DNA of 63,520 bases, the filler included, from Basidiobolus ranarum (Eukaryota), in NCBI GenBank assembly GCA_040143965.1. It is 9 parts of 9 records of this genome, joined end to end, with 100 filler letters (N's around TTAATTAATTAA, not from the genome) between each part and the next. Parts side by side here need not be neighbours in the genome. Positions count along the whole stretch, not along the records: positions 21,232 to 28,199 come from JASJQH010008076.1; positions 28,300 to 35,266 come from JASJQH010008077.1; positions 35,367 to 42,331 come from JASJQH010008078.1; 6 more parts are not named here. One strand, given 5' to 3'. Positions 23,947 through 35,931 of the stretch are shown piece after piece. The notes under the pieces were generated by a model, which saw nothing but the letters and a program-made list of their open reading frames with translations, ran no database searches and was not told the DNA's origin. Each line of letters starts with the position of its first letter. Position 1 is the first letter of the stretch. The position numbers were made by a program, and so were the translations under genes.

Positions 23947-26559
23947 CTACATGAAGTACATAACCTTTTGTAAGTCCGACTTAACAGAAGCGTAGCTAGC
24001 TCCTTCAAGGTCTTCAAATTCAGGATCAGAACTAACACCCCCACGACAATGGAATCTTGCCCTTGTGCAAACTAAATCGGCATAATAAGCAGCTGGCACC
24101 ACTGAAACGGATCTGGTGCACCGTGCGTACAAATAGCACAAACGATAAGTTAATTCTTGCAAAGAATTCGAAGTGAAGTTATTCTCATCGTAAAGAACAT
24201 GATAATGAGTTGAACGAGAAGTCCCTTGAATACCAGCGTGACTTTGTAGAAAGAAGTCAAAGTCGAATGGATGGGTAATGCTGGTATCTACTACTGTTCC
24301 TGGCATACAGTTACCTGAACGATCAGCCTGAGATTTGTCAGTGGGGAAAAAGCGAGCGTGATGCCGTTTTTGAACCACTATGAATGTTAACTTAGGTTTG
24401 TAACCTTTCTCCAAAGAACGACAAGCACTACGAACTGCCTCAACCTCCGCCTGGAGGACTTGACTAAATTGCCCGTCCGATACACCATCTCTGTAAAACA
24501 GAATTTGGGCGGGCTTTTGATTACAAGTTCTGTAAAATGTGAGCAATAATTCTTTGACCATACTGGCAAGATCGGCAATGATCTCAGTTCTTCCGGCCTG
24601 AACACGCACGCTCGAAGCATATCTAGAAATCTTTCTGTCCATGGAAGCAACAACAGCAGCAATTGATGGCTTAGTAACTTCACCGGGCCCAGGATGGGTA
24701 ATGTCCGCTCCGAAGATAATAGTGGGTACATCGGAAATGAAGGGAGTCTGATCCGGAGGAAGGTACGAGTTAACTCCACCAAGCTTGGCGTTTATTTTCA
24801 AACACACATTAGCGCAATACTGTTTATTCGGTTTGAAGACGTGTTTTCCTTGAACGCACTGTGTAACAACGCCTAGTACAGTGTCACTCACACGCTTGAT
24901 CTCACCATATAATTGCACACCAGTATTCGGAAGAATACAGATGATAAGTTGCGGCCGGGTTTTTGAAGTATCACCAGCCTTGTACCACGCGTTCCTCAGC
25001 CCTTGCTCAATGTTATCTCCATTAATCTGCGATGGTAAGAAAGCGATTGGCGGCGAGCGATTAGCAATATTTACACCGGTATCCAAGCAAGTAACGGTCA
25101 GTTCTTTAATGAACTTTTGAACAGCGCCTAAGGGAAAGTCTCGCTGGGCTCCAAACACTGCCACCGACCATGAACCAAGTGTAGCACCAGTAGCCACCTT
25201 TTTTCCACGTAGGTTCCAAGCCCCTCCTCTAGGTACAAGTTGGGCTTCTTTAGAACTTTCGTGGTAGCAAACGGTAGGCGGAGCTAAAACTCTTGCGTTG
25301 ATTACGGTCATTTCATTGCTAATTTTCATACCAAATTGCTGCAGGTACTCATTGTCTCGATAATTCAAAACTTTAAGGCCTTGATTGATCTTATTGGCGC
25401 GAACATGTGGAGGTTGACAAGTAAACTTGATCATTTCTTGGGTCTGTTTCTCATTGAGTTTTCTTATGTATCTTTGACCAGGTACAATTTCGCACACCTC
25501 TATTGGGAACATGATTCCCTTTTTCTTGGCTACTACACATGGTAAAAATGGATATATCAAGCGAAGGTTGTATCTCTTTTGGAAGTAGGAAGAGACTGTA
25601 GACTCTTCGAGTACGGAGTCACCAATACCAAATGTCTCGCAATCAGATCCTTTTAAAGTGAGATTTCGAATTTTATATTTTCTTTTATCCTCACCACGAT
25701 GAATCACTACGACCGACACGTTTTTCAACCCTTTTTCAAGTTTGGCATGCTCCCGTGATGTAAGGCCTCGCTTTAGATCTTCTATTCCCCGAAACCCTAA
25801 GATTTTCACCACCGTTTGAACCAAAGGGCCAGCTTGATAAAATGCAGTAGCACTGACATCAATATTGATCATCATTTTCTTATGAGTTGGTCGAGCTGAT
25901 TGATAAAACCCCTGCCAAACGTCGACCCCGCCACCCAAAGGTTTAGAGTCTACTCTGGTGTAGAAAGAGTTACCTACTGAGGTATAGAACATAGATGGTC
26001 GATGGCGAATAAGAATATCTAACGCCATGATGGCTGTTTGACAGTTAGAGGTTAAGTTGATTTTTCCGTTAAGAAACTGATTCAATTCCTCCATAACAAC
26101 CACCCCAACTTTGACCAACTTTAAAGTAAAGGCACGGGGCTCTCGTTTAGAAGGCTTCTCTGAGTCCTCGGGCAAGGTGACCTGTTGAGGAAGCAAACCA
26201 TGGGAAATTTGAGTTTACATAGAATAGCAAAGGAAATCAGGAATATAACATACCACGAACGAAGCATAGTCACCAAAAGGTAATGGTTTGTGGGAAAAGA
26301 TGTTCTTTCGACCATCGTATATAGGCTTGAGTCCACCAAGAGCCGTACCACTATTCAAGTCCTCAAATAATTGATAAATACGACGACAGAGGGTCGAAGG
26401 GACATCGGGAATAATGGTCACGTCATAATGATGAACATCGGCCCCTGGAAAGCAAATAACATCGAAATAGTTCGCCCTTATACGGATGCGTTGCCCAGAA
26501 CTCCCTAGAGCTGGTCTCTTGCAAAGCTTCCCTGGCGATGACTTTTGAGTTGAGGACAT
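23947..26559 (-). CDS. AGO: Argonaute (N, PAZ, MID, PIWI), one intron at 26182-26253
   Basis: RP.LG..G..IRIRANYF; PAZ (YFQKRYNLRL..LPCV); MID (YGEIKRVSD..GVVTQC, NVCLKINAKLGG); PIWI (GADITHP, YRDGVS, QKRHHARFF, QSHAGIQGTSR, YYADL); ends MYFM. Confidence 0.98.
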
Positions 26560-27307
26560 TGTGATAGATTTCGGTTCGAAATCGCTGGCTACTTATAATA
26601 AATAGCAATCGACGAACGCTGTTTACTATTGTTGTTTCAATTTCATGACTTTATTTACTTGCGAGTAAGCCAAATATAACGGTCAAGGCCCCCTCAAAAT
26701 GCAATATTGATCATAGGTTGATTGTGAATCATCCAACTCATCAACCGTAAGGATGTTGACCAAAGTCAATCGCTAGATAGTCCAGTGTTTGAAGATAACT
26801 TGGAATGCTAACCATTTGCTCTGGACCAGTAATCAGGTTTGTATGATTTGTGTTGGAGATAACCATTAGCGGTGTCAGTATGGTGAATGCTATTTCTAGA
26901 GCTACTTTTGGGAAGGAACATATTCATGATGTTAACCGATACTTTTACTAATCATCACTCTATTGCTATTGAAAAGCAAAATTTCCATTGGGATGAAGTC
27001 AAGTTGGAGATTTTCAATTAAAGAACGTTCGATGAGCCACCTCCGCCCCCAAAGTTTATTCATGATTTCCTAATGGAAGTTTATTTCGTTTGGGTAAGAA
27101 TAATGAGGAAAGAAATGATACAAATCTGTGAATAAAAGAAATCAATCGATAGTAAAGTAAAAACAACCTTTCAAATGCAAGTATACTTGGGAGATAAGCT
27201 CTCAAGGGAATCTCTTGCTCACAGATGAATTAAAGTCAAATGGCGAATGAAGAACCAAATGAATATGTGGTCCAAAGATACCAGCTCGATAGCTGAAGAT
27301 TCCATTA

Positions 27308-28199
27308 TCAGATGGCCATGCTCAGTTTCTTGATCTCCTCCAAAAGCATCGGTAATGTCGTATAACAGCTATCGATTGAGCTTGTTCTACACTCGTCTAC
27401 CTGGCTCTCATTTTGGCTTTCCCTCTCGATGCCTGACAGCCTCCTATTCTCCTGGTCTCCATAAAGGTCATAAATGGAACTCCGGTAAGAGTTATACCTA
27501 ACATCATACCTGAAGTTATTATTGGAGCTAACTAAAGATGAGTATATATCGCAAGTTAGTGTCAAATGTAGAGCTTGGTGTAAAATATTGCAAGAATTTA
27601 TGCTAGCTAATAAAACTACCTTCTTGGCAGTTTTCCTCTTCTTCCTCGTGAAATACTATAGAGTCGTCCTTCCAGTCGTATTTACTCAACGCTTCCATCT
27701 CCCATAGGATATTAGCCTGTATAGGAGATATACTCCTCGAGGAGGAGGTTTCAAACTCTTCATTAAACTCGCTTAAATCGCTCAAAGATAAGGAGGACAA
27801 AGATTCCCGAGCAAGGTTATTCTGGTGAGCAGTACCAAACGGAGTGTTCACTGCATATCGTGGTTTGCAGAAATCGTTGAAAGAAGAGATAGCTAATGCA
27901 CGCACATTTTCTTTGGTACTCTTGAGTTCACAAGTCATTTTAGGCTGGGTGCTCATTGATTCAACTATATAGGGCCTTGATATTTCCATCTCACTAACAG
28001 TTGGGGGTAATAGGCCAATACATTTCTTTTCCATCAAGCTTTCGGGGCGCTGAGAAAGCGCTAACTCCCTGGCTGGATGTCGAATAGGAATGGTTTCCAT
28101 GGTTGAGCTAGCGGTTACCAAAGTGGGAGCTGAAATGGTGTGTTTCGACCTTTGTTTACGTAAAATCTTCGCCTGAACCTTGTCGGAGATTATCCGGAT
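27308..28199 (-). CDS. Ser/Glu-rich hypothetical protein, 5'-truncated, one intron (~27534-27619)
   Basis: Two ORFs joined by a GTAG..CTAAC..TTTAG intron. No recognisable domain. Confidence 0.55.
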
Positions 28200-28299
28200 N
28201 NNNNNNNNNNNNNNNNNNNNNNNNNNNNNNNNNNNNNNNNNNNTTAATTAATTAANNNNNNNNNNNNNNNNNNNNNNNNNNNNNNNNNNNNNNNNNNNN
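28200..28299. other. Artificial contig linker
   Basis: N-TTAATTAATTAA-N. Confidence 0.99.
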
Positions 28300-28461
28300 A
28301 CCTTCCTTTCTGCTTACCACCTTTGCCCCTTAACACTATATTTACATCCTCTGAGCTTGATTACATTGGTCATCAGGTTAAGTATGGATATGACCCAGTA
28401 TTGTCACAATCTCTTAAAAGATGGATGTCTTGATTTACACTTTGTTTACATCAGTATTTAA

Positions 28462-28873
28462 GCTAAATAAAGTCCACACCATCTGGTGCTTTTCATCCCC
28501 CCTAAGAGAAAATGCTGGCATACCACTTCATATTCCCTTTTCTTTAAAGGATACTGTGCTTGAAAGATTTAATTTACTTCTAAAAAACTCCCCCTCCCCT
28601 CTTATTAAAAATTCTTGAACAACTTCTACATTTCCCAAGCTAAGGTACTTCATCCCTACTGTTTTATCATATATGATGAGATTTGGGGAGCTGCCTTAAA
28701 AAGAACTTAGTCAACTCTCCTACTAATTTTATTTCTATCTTGGCTTCTTTATTGATTTGTGTTGTCTAACTTGAGATAAACAAAGATTACACCTTCTGGT
28801 GCTTTTCATCCCCCTAACCCTAGTATATAGGCTAAATAAAGTCCACACCACCTGGTGCTTATCATCCCCCAAG
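28462..28873. repeat. Dispersed ~42-bp direct repeat (two full copies, one partial)
   Basis: GCTAAATAAAGTCCACACCAYCTGGTGCTTWTCATCCCCC at 28462 and 28832; partial CTGGTGCTTTTCATCCCCTAA at ~28796. Confidence 0.8.
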
Positions 28874-29309
28874 TTAAAAATTCTGATAGTACTTGTTTCA
28901 TTTACCGCATGTACTAGTTATGATTCTTTTCATTGCATTGCTGATCATATCTGAACATCACTTATATGGTCATTGGAGTTGAAGTAGCAAATCAGTGAAG
29001 GCAATGTACTTATTTGGGATATGAAGAGGCATTTCTGCTTGAAACGAATTTCGTTGTAATAAGGTTAGGTGCATATTTTCTGAATGGTTAGTGCCCCCAT
29101 TTTTCTCACTTAGAGAGAGACGACCCTAGATGCTTTTCAGCTACTATTAGCTATTTACTTTAAGTAATGTAGCGTACCTAACCCTAACGGTGCATTAGAT
29201 GAAACCAGATAACTTGATCAGATTTTGCTAATGAACTTTAGGTAAACGAATCAATTTAGTAAAATAGCTCAAACCCATAGCAAGAAAGAACCGAACCCTA
29301 AATCCACAG

Positions 29310-29394
29310 TATTCAGTTTACTAGATATTCAGTTTACTAGATATTCAGTTTACTAGATATTCAGTTCAGTTTACTAGATATTCAGTTTACTAGA
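29310..29394. repeat. 16-bp minisatellite x5
   Basis: TATTCAGTTTACTAGA repeated five times; the fourth unit has a 5-bp TCAGT duplication. Confidence 0.95.
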
Positions 29395-29884
29395 TCTGAT
29401 GCGGAGGCATGTCGCGTGGTCAATGTTTGTATTCATATAGAATCCAACAATTGCCTCTTGGTTCACAAATTGAGTACAAGAAACCATATTGTGACAGAAT
29501 CCAGCTTTTGCCATGATGACCAATCATTAAATTGCCAATTTCAGTCGGCCCCTGTAAAACATCCTCGAAGCTAGTACACAACACCCAGTTCAATGTTGGT
29601 AAAGCAATGGTTGAGTAAGTAGAATTTGGAGTAAATTAACATTAAAGGTAAAACCCTGAGCAATCGTGAAAGTATATTTAGTAAATAAGAACAGGGTCAC
29701 TTGGGAAGCTATATTACGAAACACCTCTAGACACTGAGTTTTTTTCTATTTCCAAACCGAGAGGAAATGCAGTAAACTTAAGCAGAGTCAGTCACACTAA
29801 CTTGAGAACTATTCATGTTCCAAGTAATGTATAAATACTTCAATATCCAGGAGTTCATAGCTATCAAACTTTCATCAACTGCCT

Positions 29885-30808
29885 ATGATGCTCTCCAATA
29901 TTTTGCAATCTTCTATCTACTTCCTTGGTTTTGCAGCGTTGACCGTTGCTCATATGGAGATGATCCAACCTCCACCACGCCACTCCCGCCATAACCCAAC
30001 ATGGAAGGGCTCACCCGACTATGACATGGTTAATCCTTTAGGCGTCTACCCATGCAAGGGCTATGAACAAGGGGGAATTGTTCAGACAGTGAAGGCTGGA
30101 GACTCCATTCAAGTGAAACTTGGTGGCATTGCTACTCACAAGGGAGGTCACTGCCAGTTTGCCATTTCTTATGACAAAGGTCAAACTTATGCGGTGCTGG
30201 AAACCATCTACAGTGATTGCCTCATTGCGAGTAAGGAGTATTCTGTGACCATCCCTAGCACTGCTGGCTCTAGTAAGAATGTGGTCTTTGCCTGGGCATG
30301 GATCAATAAAATTGGCAATCGAGAGTACTATATGAATTGCGCTGACATTGAGATTCAAGGATATAATGATGGCTTTATTGCTGGACCTAAGCTCCTGGTT
30401 GTCAACCTTCCAGGATATCCTACTGTTCCCGAATTCCCTCAAGATGGACCAAATGACGGTCGAAAATTATTGGCTGCTCGGCCAACCATTACTATTCGTC
30501 CCAATGGAAAGGATATACCTACGACCACAAGTACCACATCTACCAAAATCCCTGAACCGTCTACCAAAATCCCTAAACCATCTCCAACCACAAGCACTAA
30601 GTCTACCAGAATTTCTGAACCCTCTACAGGCCCTACATCCACTCCAGGTGCTGGTATATGTAAAGGCTTTCCGGCATGGAACTCTGTAGCTAGCTATAAA
30701 GGAGCTCAAAAGGTGGCTTACAAAGAACATTTGTGGCAGGCTAAATGGTGGACTCAGAAGGAATCACCAGAAACCAGCCGTGTTTGGACCGATTTAGGTG
30801 CCTGCTAA
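29885..30808 (+). CDS. Secreted AA11-type lytic polysaccharide monooxygenase with C-terminal CBM5/12-like chitin-binding module
   Basis: Signal peptide ends TVA|H (His1 of the brace). YPCKG, ATHKGGHCQFAISYD and FAWAWINKIGNREYYMNCA are AA11 motifs. A Thr/Pro linker precedes AWNSVASYKGAQKVAYKEHLWQAKWWTQ..W..LGAC. Confidence 0.9.
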   Translation: MMLSNILQSSIYFLGFAALTVAHMEMIQPPPRHSRHNPTWKGSPDYDMVNPLGVYPCKGYEQGGIVQTVKAGDSIQVKLGGIATHKGGHCQFAISYDKGQTYAVLETIYSDCLIASKEYSVTIPSTAGSSKNVVFAWAWINKIGNREYYMNCADIEIQGYNDGFIAGPKLLVVNLPGYPTVPEFPQDGPNDGRKLLAARPTITIRPNGKDIPTTTSTTSTKIPEPSTKIPKPSPTTSTKSTRISEPSTGPTSTPGAGICKGFPAWNSVASYKGAQKVAYKEHLWQAKWWTQKESPETSRVWTDLGAC

Positions 30809-31329
30809 TCATGCATGATATTTGATGACTTGATAAAATAAATTTTTTTCTAATTTCAAATCGATTTAATTTTTGGCAAGAAACGTGTCCAAAATAAGCA
30901 TCGTGGGGACATCAATGCTGCCTATTTTTAAGAATTAATCTTGCAGGATTAATATTTGGACTATGCTAGTTTCACATTAACTTTGAGAGCATCATATCCT
31001 TAGAATACGGAAAGAACAGAACTGGACATCAATACAATTCTTGCTAAATTACATTCCATAATTTATATTGACCAAAGCATGTGTGACAAACAAAAGCGTA
31101 AGCGTGATAAATATTATGTACTTCGCTATTCAAAAAATCATGCACATGATTACTGATTGGAATTATCAATAGGTTTCGTTTTGTAATGCTGAACAAATAC
31201 TGAATTGATATGGAAAGACCGGGACGTTTTTGCAGATTGAAGGAACCTCTCTCCACCGAGTATAAGAAAATGGGTATATCGTCAGCTAGCAGTAGTCAAC
31301 CAACGAAAAAAGCAAATAATCCTGTGTGG

Positions 31330-31840
31330 TTATTGCTACACTAACCGCATGAATGGTGGTCTTTTCACACCTGGTGAGTCGTACACTATCACTGTTGTGG
31401 ATCAATGGCAGAGTCGTGTGTGGGGTGGGTCCGAGTGTGACTTCACTAACAAAAACATGACCACCAACACTGTTTGTGTTACCGGCGACTGTGGGTCTGG
31501 AGAAGAATATGGTTAAGTTATATCCGGACAACCACCAGCTTCCTTGACAGAATTTACATTCAATAGCTGGAACAATCTTGATTACTACTATGTCTCTCTT
31601 GTAGATGGTCACAGTTTACCTATTTCCATCCAACCTCACTCTAAAATTAACAATTGGGGTAATCCTTTCTCATATGGTAGCCCTACTGTGGAGAAAGATA
31701 TTAATTTGATTTGCCCCGAGAAATTGCTGCTACGCGATCATGATGGAAAGATTGTTGGTTGCAAATCAGCCTGTGATGTCTTTGGATCACCTCAGTACCC
31801 CCCAAACTTGGCATCCATCCTCTTACTCCCGATTTTCTAG
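31330..31840 (+). pseudogene. Thaumatin-like protein pseudogene
   Basis: Frameshifted CVTGDCG, PPASLTEFTFNSWNNLDYYYVSLVDGHSLPISIQP and CPEKL..GCKSACDVFGSPQY. Several Cys are lost and the C-terminus is missing. Confidence 0.8.
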
Positions 31841-32101
31841 TCTACCTGCCCATTCTGTTACAGTTACGCAAGGAGATTATACTATTGAATTCTGTTGAGT
31901 CTCTTGTTGAATTGAAATCTTCATTTACCATCAATCTGATGAAACACATCTTTAATCTTATATCGAAACATTGCACTATTTTGCAGCACACATTATTCTT
32001 AAGATATCCTTTTCTCAAAACATTTCATTACTTAGTACTTGGCAAATCACATGCATTCATCTCTCAAAACGTTTCTTTATTTATTTTCATGATATAACTG
32101 A

Positions 32102-33252
32102 CTATTTGAGAGGGACTCTTCCAGTTGGATAGATCGCTGTCACCGATTGTGTGTTATCGTCCATATCGAGGATCTCAAGAGCCCCAAAATGAGAACCATA
32201 ATAACTAGAAATACCAACGTCAATGTCCAAGTAGTTATTGTTACAACGAGTTAAGATTCGGCCAGTTGCAGATTGTTGAGTGTGGCCAGATACCAGGCGC
32301 TTAACCTTGGATGTAATGCAATGTAGTGAGTAAGCGCAACCTTCAATCCTACCTCTAAGCACACCTTACCTTCAACGTACTCATGACCTGTTTCACCATA
32401 GCACAAGCTTCTTCTATGGTCAAATCAACATCTTTATCTTGTAACTTTCCATATCCTCTCCACTTTGTGGGGCCTTTCTTTTTAAAGATGGATTCATCGT
32501 AGCTGCCCTTCTTGAGGTATTTGTGAGCTTGTGAGTTCATATTACTAATACCTTCCTTTGCCCAAGTTGGACTTAAATCCCCGTGAGTGAACACAGTGTG
32601 ACCACGTTGTATGAAAGCAACGTCAAATGAAGATTGAAGTAGCTGCCCAATCCATCCAGTTGAGACATTCCAAGCTTCTTCACGTTTCTTCTTTCCACCG
32701 AAGGAAGCAATATCTTCTTCTGTAACATCTTCCCAGTCGCCATCAAGGTTTTTAATCTCATGATTTCCTAATAGGTTTACAACCTAGTGAGAGCCGTTAG
32801 CCTACTTATAGAAACAATAGAAAAAAGGATTCTTTACCTTTCCTCCGGCCTTAGCTGCTTGACCTCTCAGCTTCTGGAAGTATTTGTAGAGAGCAATGGT
32901 ATCTGGTCCACGATCTACAATGTCACCCTATAATGTGTTAGAGACTTAGTAATTAGGAAATCGTACATTTTATGAAATGTCTAATTGATTTTTTAATTCA
33001 TCTCATTTTAGATTAAAACACTGTACGTACTGTTTGCACCAGGGTGTTTTTGCCCATAATCCAATCTCCCTTGGTATCAACAACGCCTGCCATTTGAAGT
33101 ACGCTGAGTGCATTAGCATAATCTCCATGGATATCTCCAACAGCAACGGTACGGTGAGAGTAAGCCACAGAAGGAGCTAAAGATGCGGTGAGTGTGGTAT
33201 TTCCAGCAATTGCCAGAAGACACAAATTGCTGAGAAGTAGTAGACGATTCAT
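32102..33252 (-). CDS. Calcineurin-like metallophosphoesterase, Shewanella-like phosphatase type, with signal peptide; 4 exons
   Basis: GDIHG, LVQT|GDIVDRG, LLGNHE, FTHGD, VSGHTQ and IDVGIS motifs; hydrophobic N-terminus; three GT-AG introns keep the frame. Confidence 0.92.
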
Positions 33253-33762
33253 TTTCGGCTAATGTGCAATACGGGCATGGGTAGCTATTTTATAGACTGA
33301 CTCTAGTTTCGTGTAGAGCTCCACCTTGTGCATTGCTCCACAACAGTAGGTTCAACAAATATCCTACCTGTCTTATCAGATAGTTTGGTGGGTCCACATT
33401 CACCATTTTGAGAGTAATGATTGGACGGAGAGACTAGTTTTTGATGTTGTGGAAATATTTTACATGTAGATTATATCCCTAATAAGAATATGATGACCAT
33501 TGTTGTTAAAAATAGGGCTGACATCGTTAGGATTGGGGATATGGTGTTGATGAAGAAGCTAGGAACTAGGACTGCTCCGCATGGTTCAATCGGTTGCATT
33601 TTAAAAAGGAAATCCATTCATACTGATCGAATTTTTTTTTTGAACACCAATGATTAGCGGATCTTGGGTAGGAATATTTTTATTCTATTATTGAATGTTT
33701 ATCAATCAACTTAGTTCTGGCAACGATATTTAGGTCTGTTGAAGAAACATACTTTTAAGATA

Positions 33763-35128
33763 ATGAATCCCCAACTCGAAAGTGGGACAGAGCCAGAGAC
33801 CGAGATCGTAACATTAGAGTTTCCTGGCTTGACCAAGGAGGAAATATTTAATTGTAGTTTTTCCAGTTGGTACCCTAGATTTAAACCACACACTTTAAAA
33901 ACTCGTTTAATTAAGCCTTTACCTGAAGACTTTGTGAAATACTTGCTCTCTGACGGAGCATTATATATACCTGGAGGAGGGTATGTTATTGAGGGTAGCC
34001 TAGCCCATTTTGTACCATTACTTATCCATTTCTGTTAATTAATTTTACCTTGTCTATAGAGAAATTACATATCTTGACGGGGACGACTCACTAAGTGATT
34101 ACTCCGATGAAACTTCTTCTCAAAATGAGGATGAAGAAGAAGATTTCAGTAGTAAAGAAGAAAACATATCCTTTCCGGAAATAGAGACGAAGATTCGGGA
34201 TATAATTGCTGAATTGGACGGGGCCGTTTTCCCGAAACTAAATTGGAGCTCACCAAAAGTAACTTTGAGTACATTCCAAAATTTAATCGTCCTTTTCTCT
34301 AATATTGAAACATAGGATGCAGCTTGGATTTCGGCTTCGGGAACTTTAAAGTGTACCTCACCGTACGACGTATTTTTGCTGATTAAAAGTTCGGATTTCA
34401 TTGTTCACGACTTATGTCATGCTTTCGAACATTGCGTAGATGCTGATACTTCAGTAGACTCTTCATCGTCTCTCAAATTGGATGAATACGAGTTAGTTCT
34501 AAGAAAATGGTATGACATGCATCCCTCAATGGAATTTCGATGCTTTGTTAAGGAGAATAAAGTGATAGGTAAGAGGGGGATAATTCGCACATTTCCATGT
34601 TCTACGATGTAACTTTATAATGTAGCAATATCACAGCGTCATCCTGAATATTACGAATTCTTAACGGATATGAAAGATACCATAGAGGATTGGATTTTGG
34701 ACTTTTTTGAGGATCATGTTGAAGGGAACTTTCCAAATCACCACTGTAAGTTCTCATATCATCACATAGTAAGAGCCCTCAACTTACTTTATCTTAGATG
34801 TATTCGATGTATATATAAACAAAAGTACTGGGAAAGTGTGGCTACTTGATTTCAATCCATTTCACAGTATCACCGAACCTATACTCTTCGAATGGGCTGA
34901 GTTACTTACCAGTAAGTGTATGATCATACAAGATTCCTGCCAACATCAACTAACATCCCTATAGCGCCAGAAATGCTACCAATACGATTGATCACTTCCG
35001 AGTCGGACCCTATGATTAGATCAAGTCAACCACATTCACATAACCGGTATCCCAAAGAAATGGTAGAAATGAAATTTGATCAATCCATGGCTGATTTCGC
35101 CGAAACATGCCAAAATCAACCTGAATGA
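33763..35128 (+). CDS. CDC123: Cell division cycle protein 123 (D123; eIF2 assembly factor), ~6 exons
   Basis: CSFSSWYPRFK, IKPLPEDFVKYLLSDG, GAVFPKLNWSSPK|DAAWI, LIKSSDFIVHDL, LVLRKW..PSMEFRCFVK, ISQR, VWLLDFNPF. Confidence 0.95.
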
Positions 35129-35266
35129 TTTTGTATACAACTGCCACTATATGGCTACTCTTTAATAAATTTCTTTTTATTTCTGCTTGGAACACACGTG
35201 AGCTGTATAACGAATTAAATGAAAACTCCTAAAGGAACGAACGTTTCCTTAGATAGCGCAGTAACG

Positions 35267-35366
35267 NNNNNNNNNNNNNNNNNNNNNNNNNNNNNNNNNN
35301 NNNNNNNNNNTTAATTAATTAANNNNNNNNNNNNNNNNNNNNNNNNNNNNNNNNNNNNNNNNNNNN
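35267..35366. other. Artificial contig linker
   Basis: N-TTAATTAATTAA-N. Confidence 0.99.
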
Positions 35367-35931
35367 GGGTAAGTTTCGTGGTTGCCCTCAGAGAGTGCGT
35401 TATAATCACTAAATGATTCAGAAACTCTAGTTTGAAATATAAAATAATTTCATCCCGGGGTAATTGCAACTGTTGTTTAAAGTAAAGAACACTGTACCTG
35501 ATGAAGCTGAGAAGGGTAACGTTCACACTCACAACCTTTGACTATTTATAGCATTCTTTCTCTGTTTTTTTTCATCATATCTATGCTTAAACAGGGGGCA
35601 TTTAGTCAAGGTACCTGATTGGTCTCTTAAATTCTATCATCAGTTGCAAAATTATGTAGGAATTGGGAAAATCATTAAATCATGTTAGAAATTCAGCCTT
35701 TATCTATTTGTGAATCAAATAATAAATGTTCTCCGGTTATATTATCCGATTCCCAAGAATTTTATCTTGATTGGTTTCATGAATTTCGCCAGTGATTTTT
35801 CAAGAGTATCAAAATCTTTATTACAAAATGATCTTAATTTTATATGCACAGGAGGTATATATATTTGTTGAGTTCTATGAAAGGATTCGAGGTATTGGTT
35901 CAATTGGCGATCAACTATTAACACATTGTGC

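Noticed and set aside
29310..29394. CRISPR-like array
   Set aside because: Units are directly adjacent with no spacers, the context is eukaryotic, and no cas genes are present.
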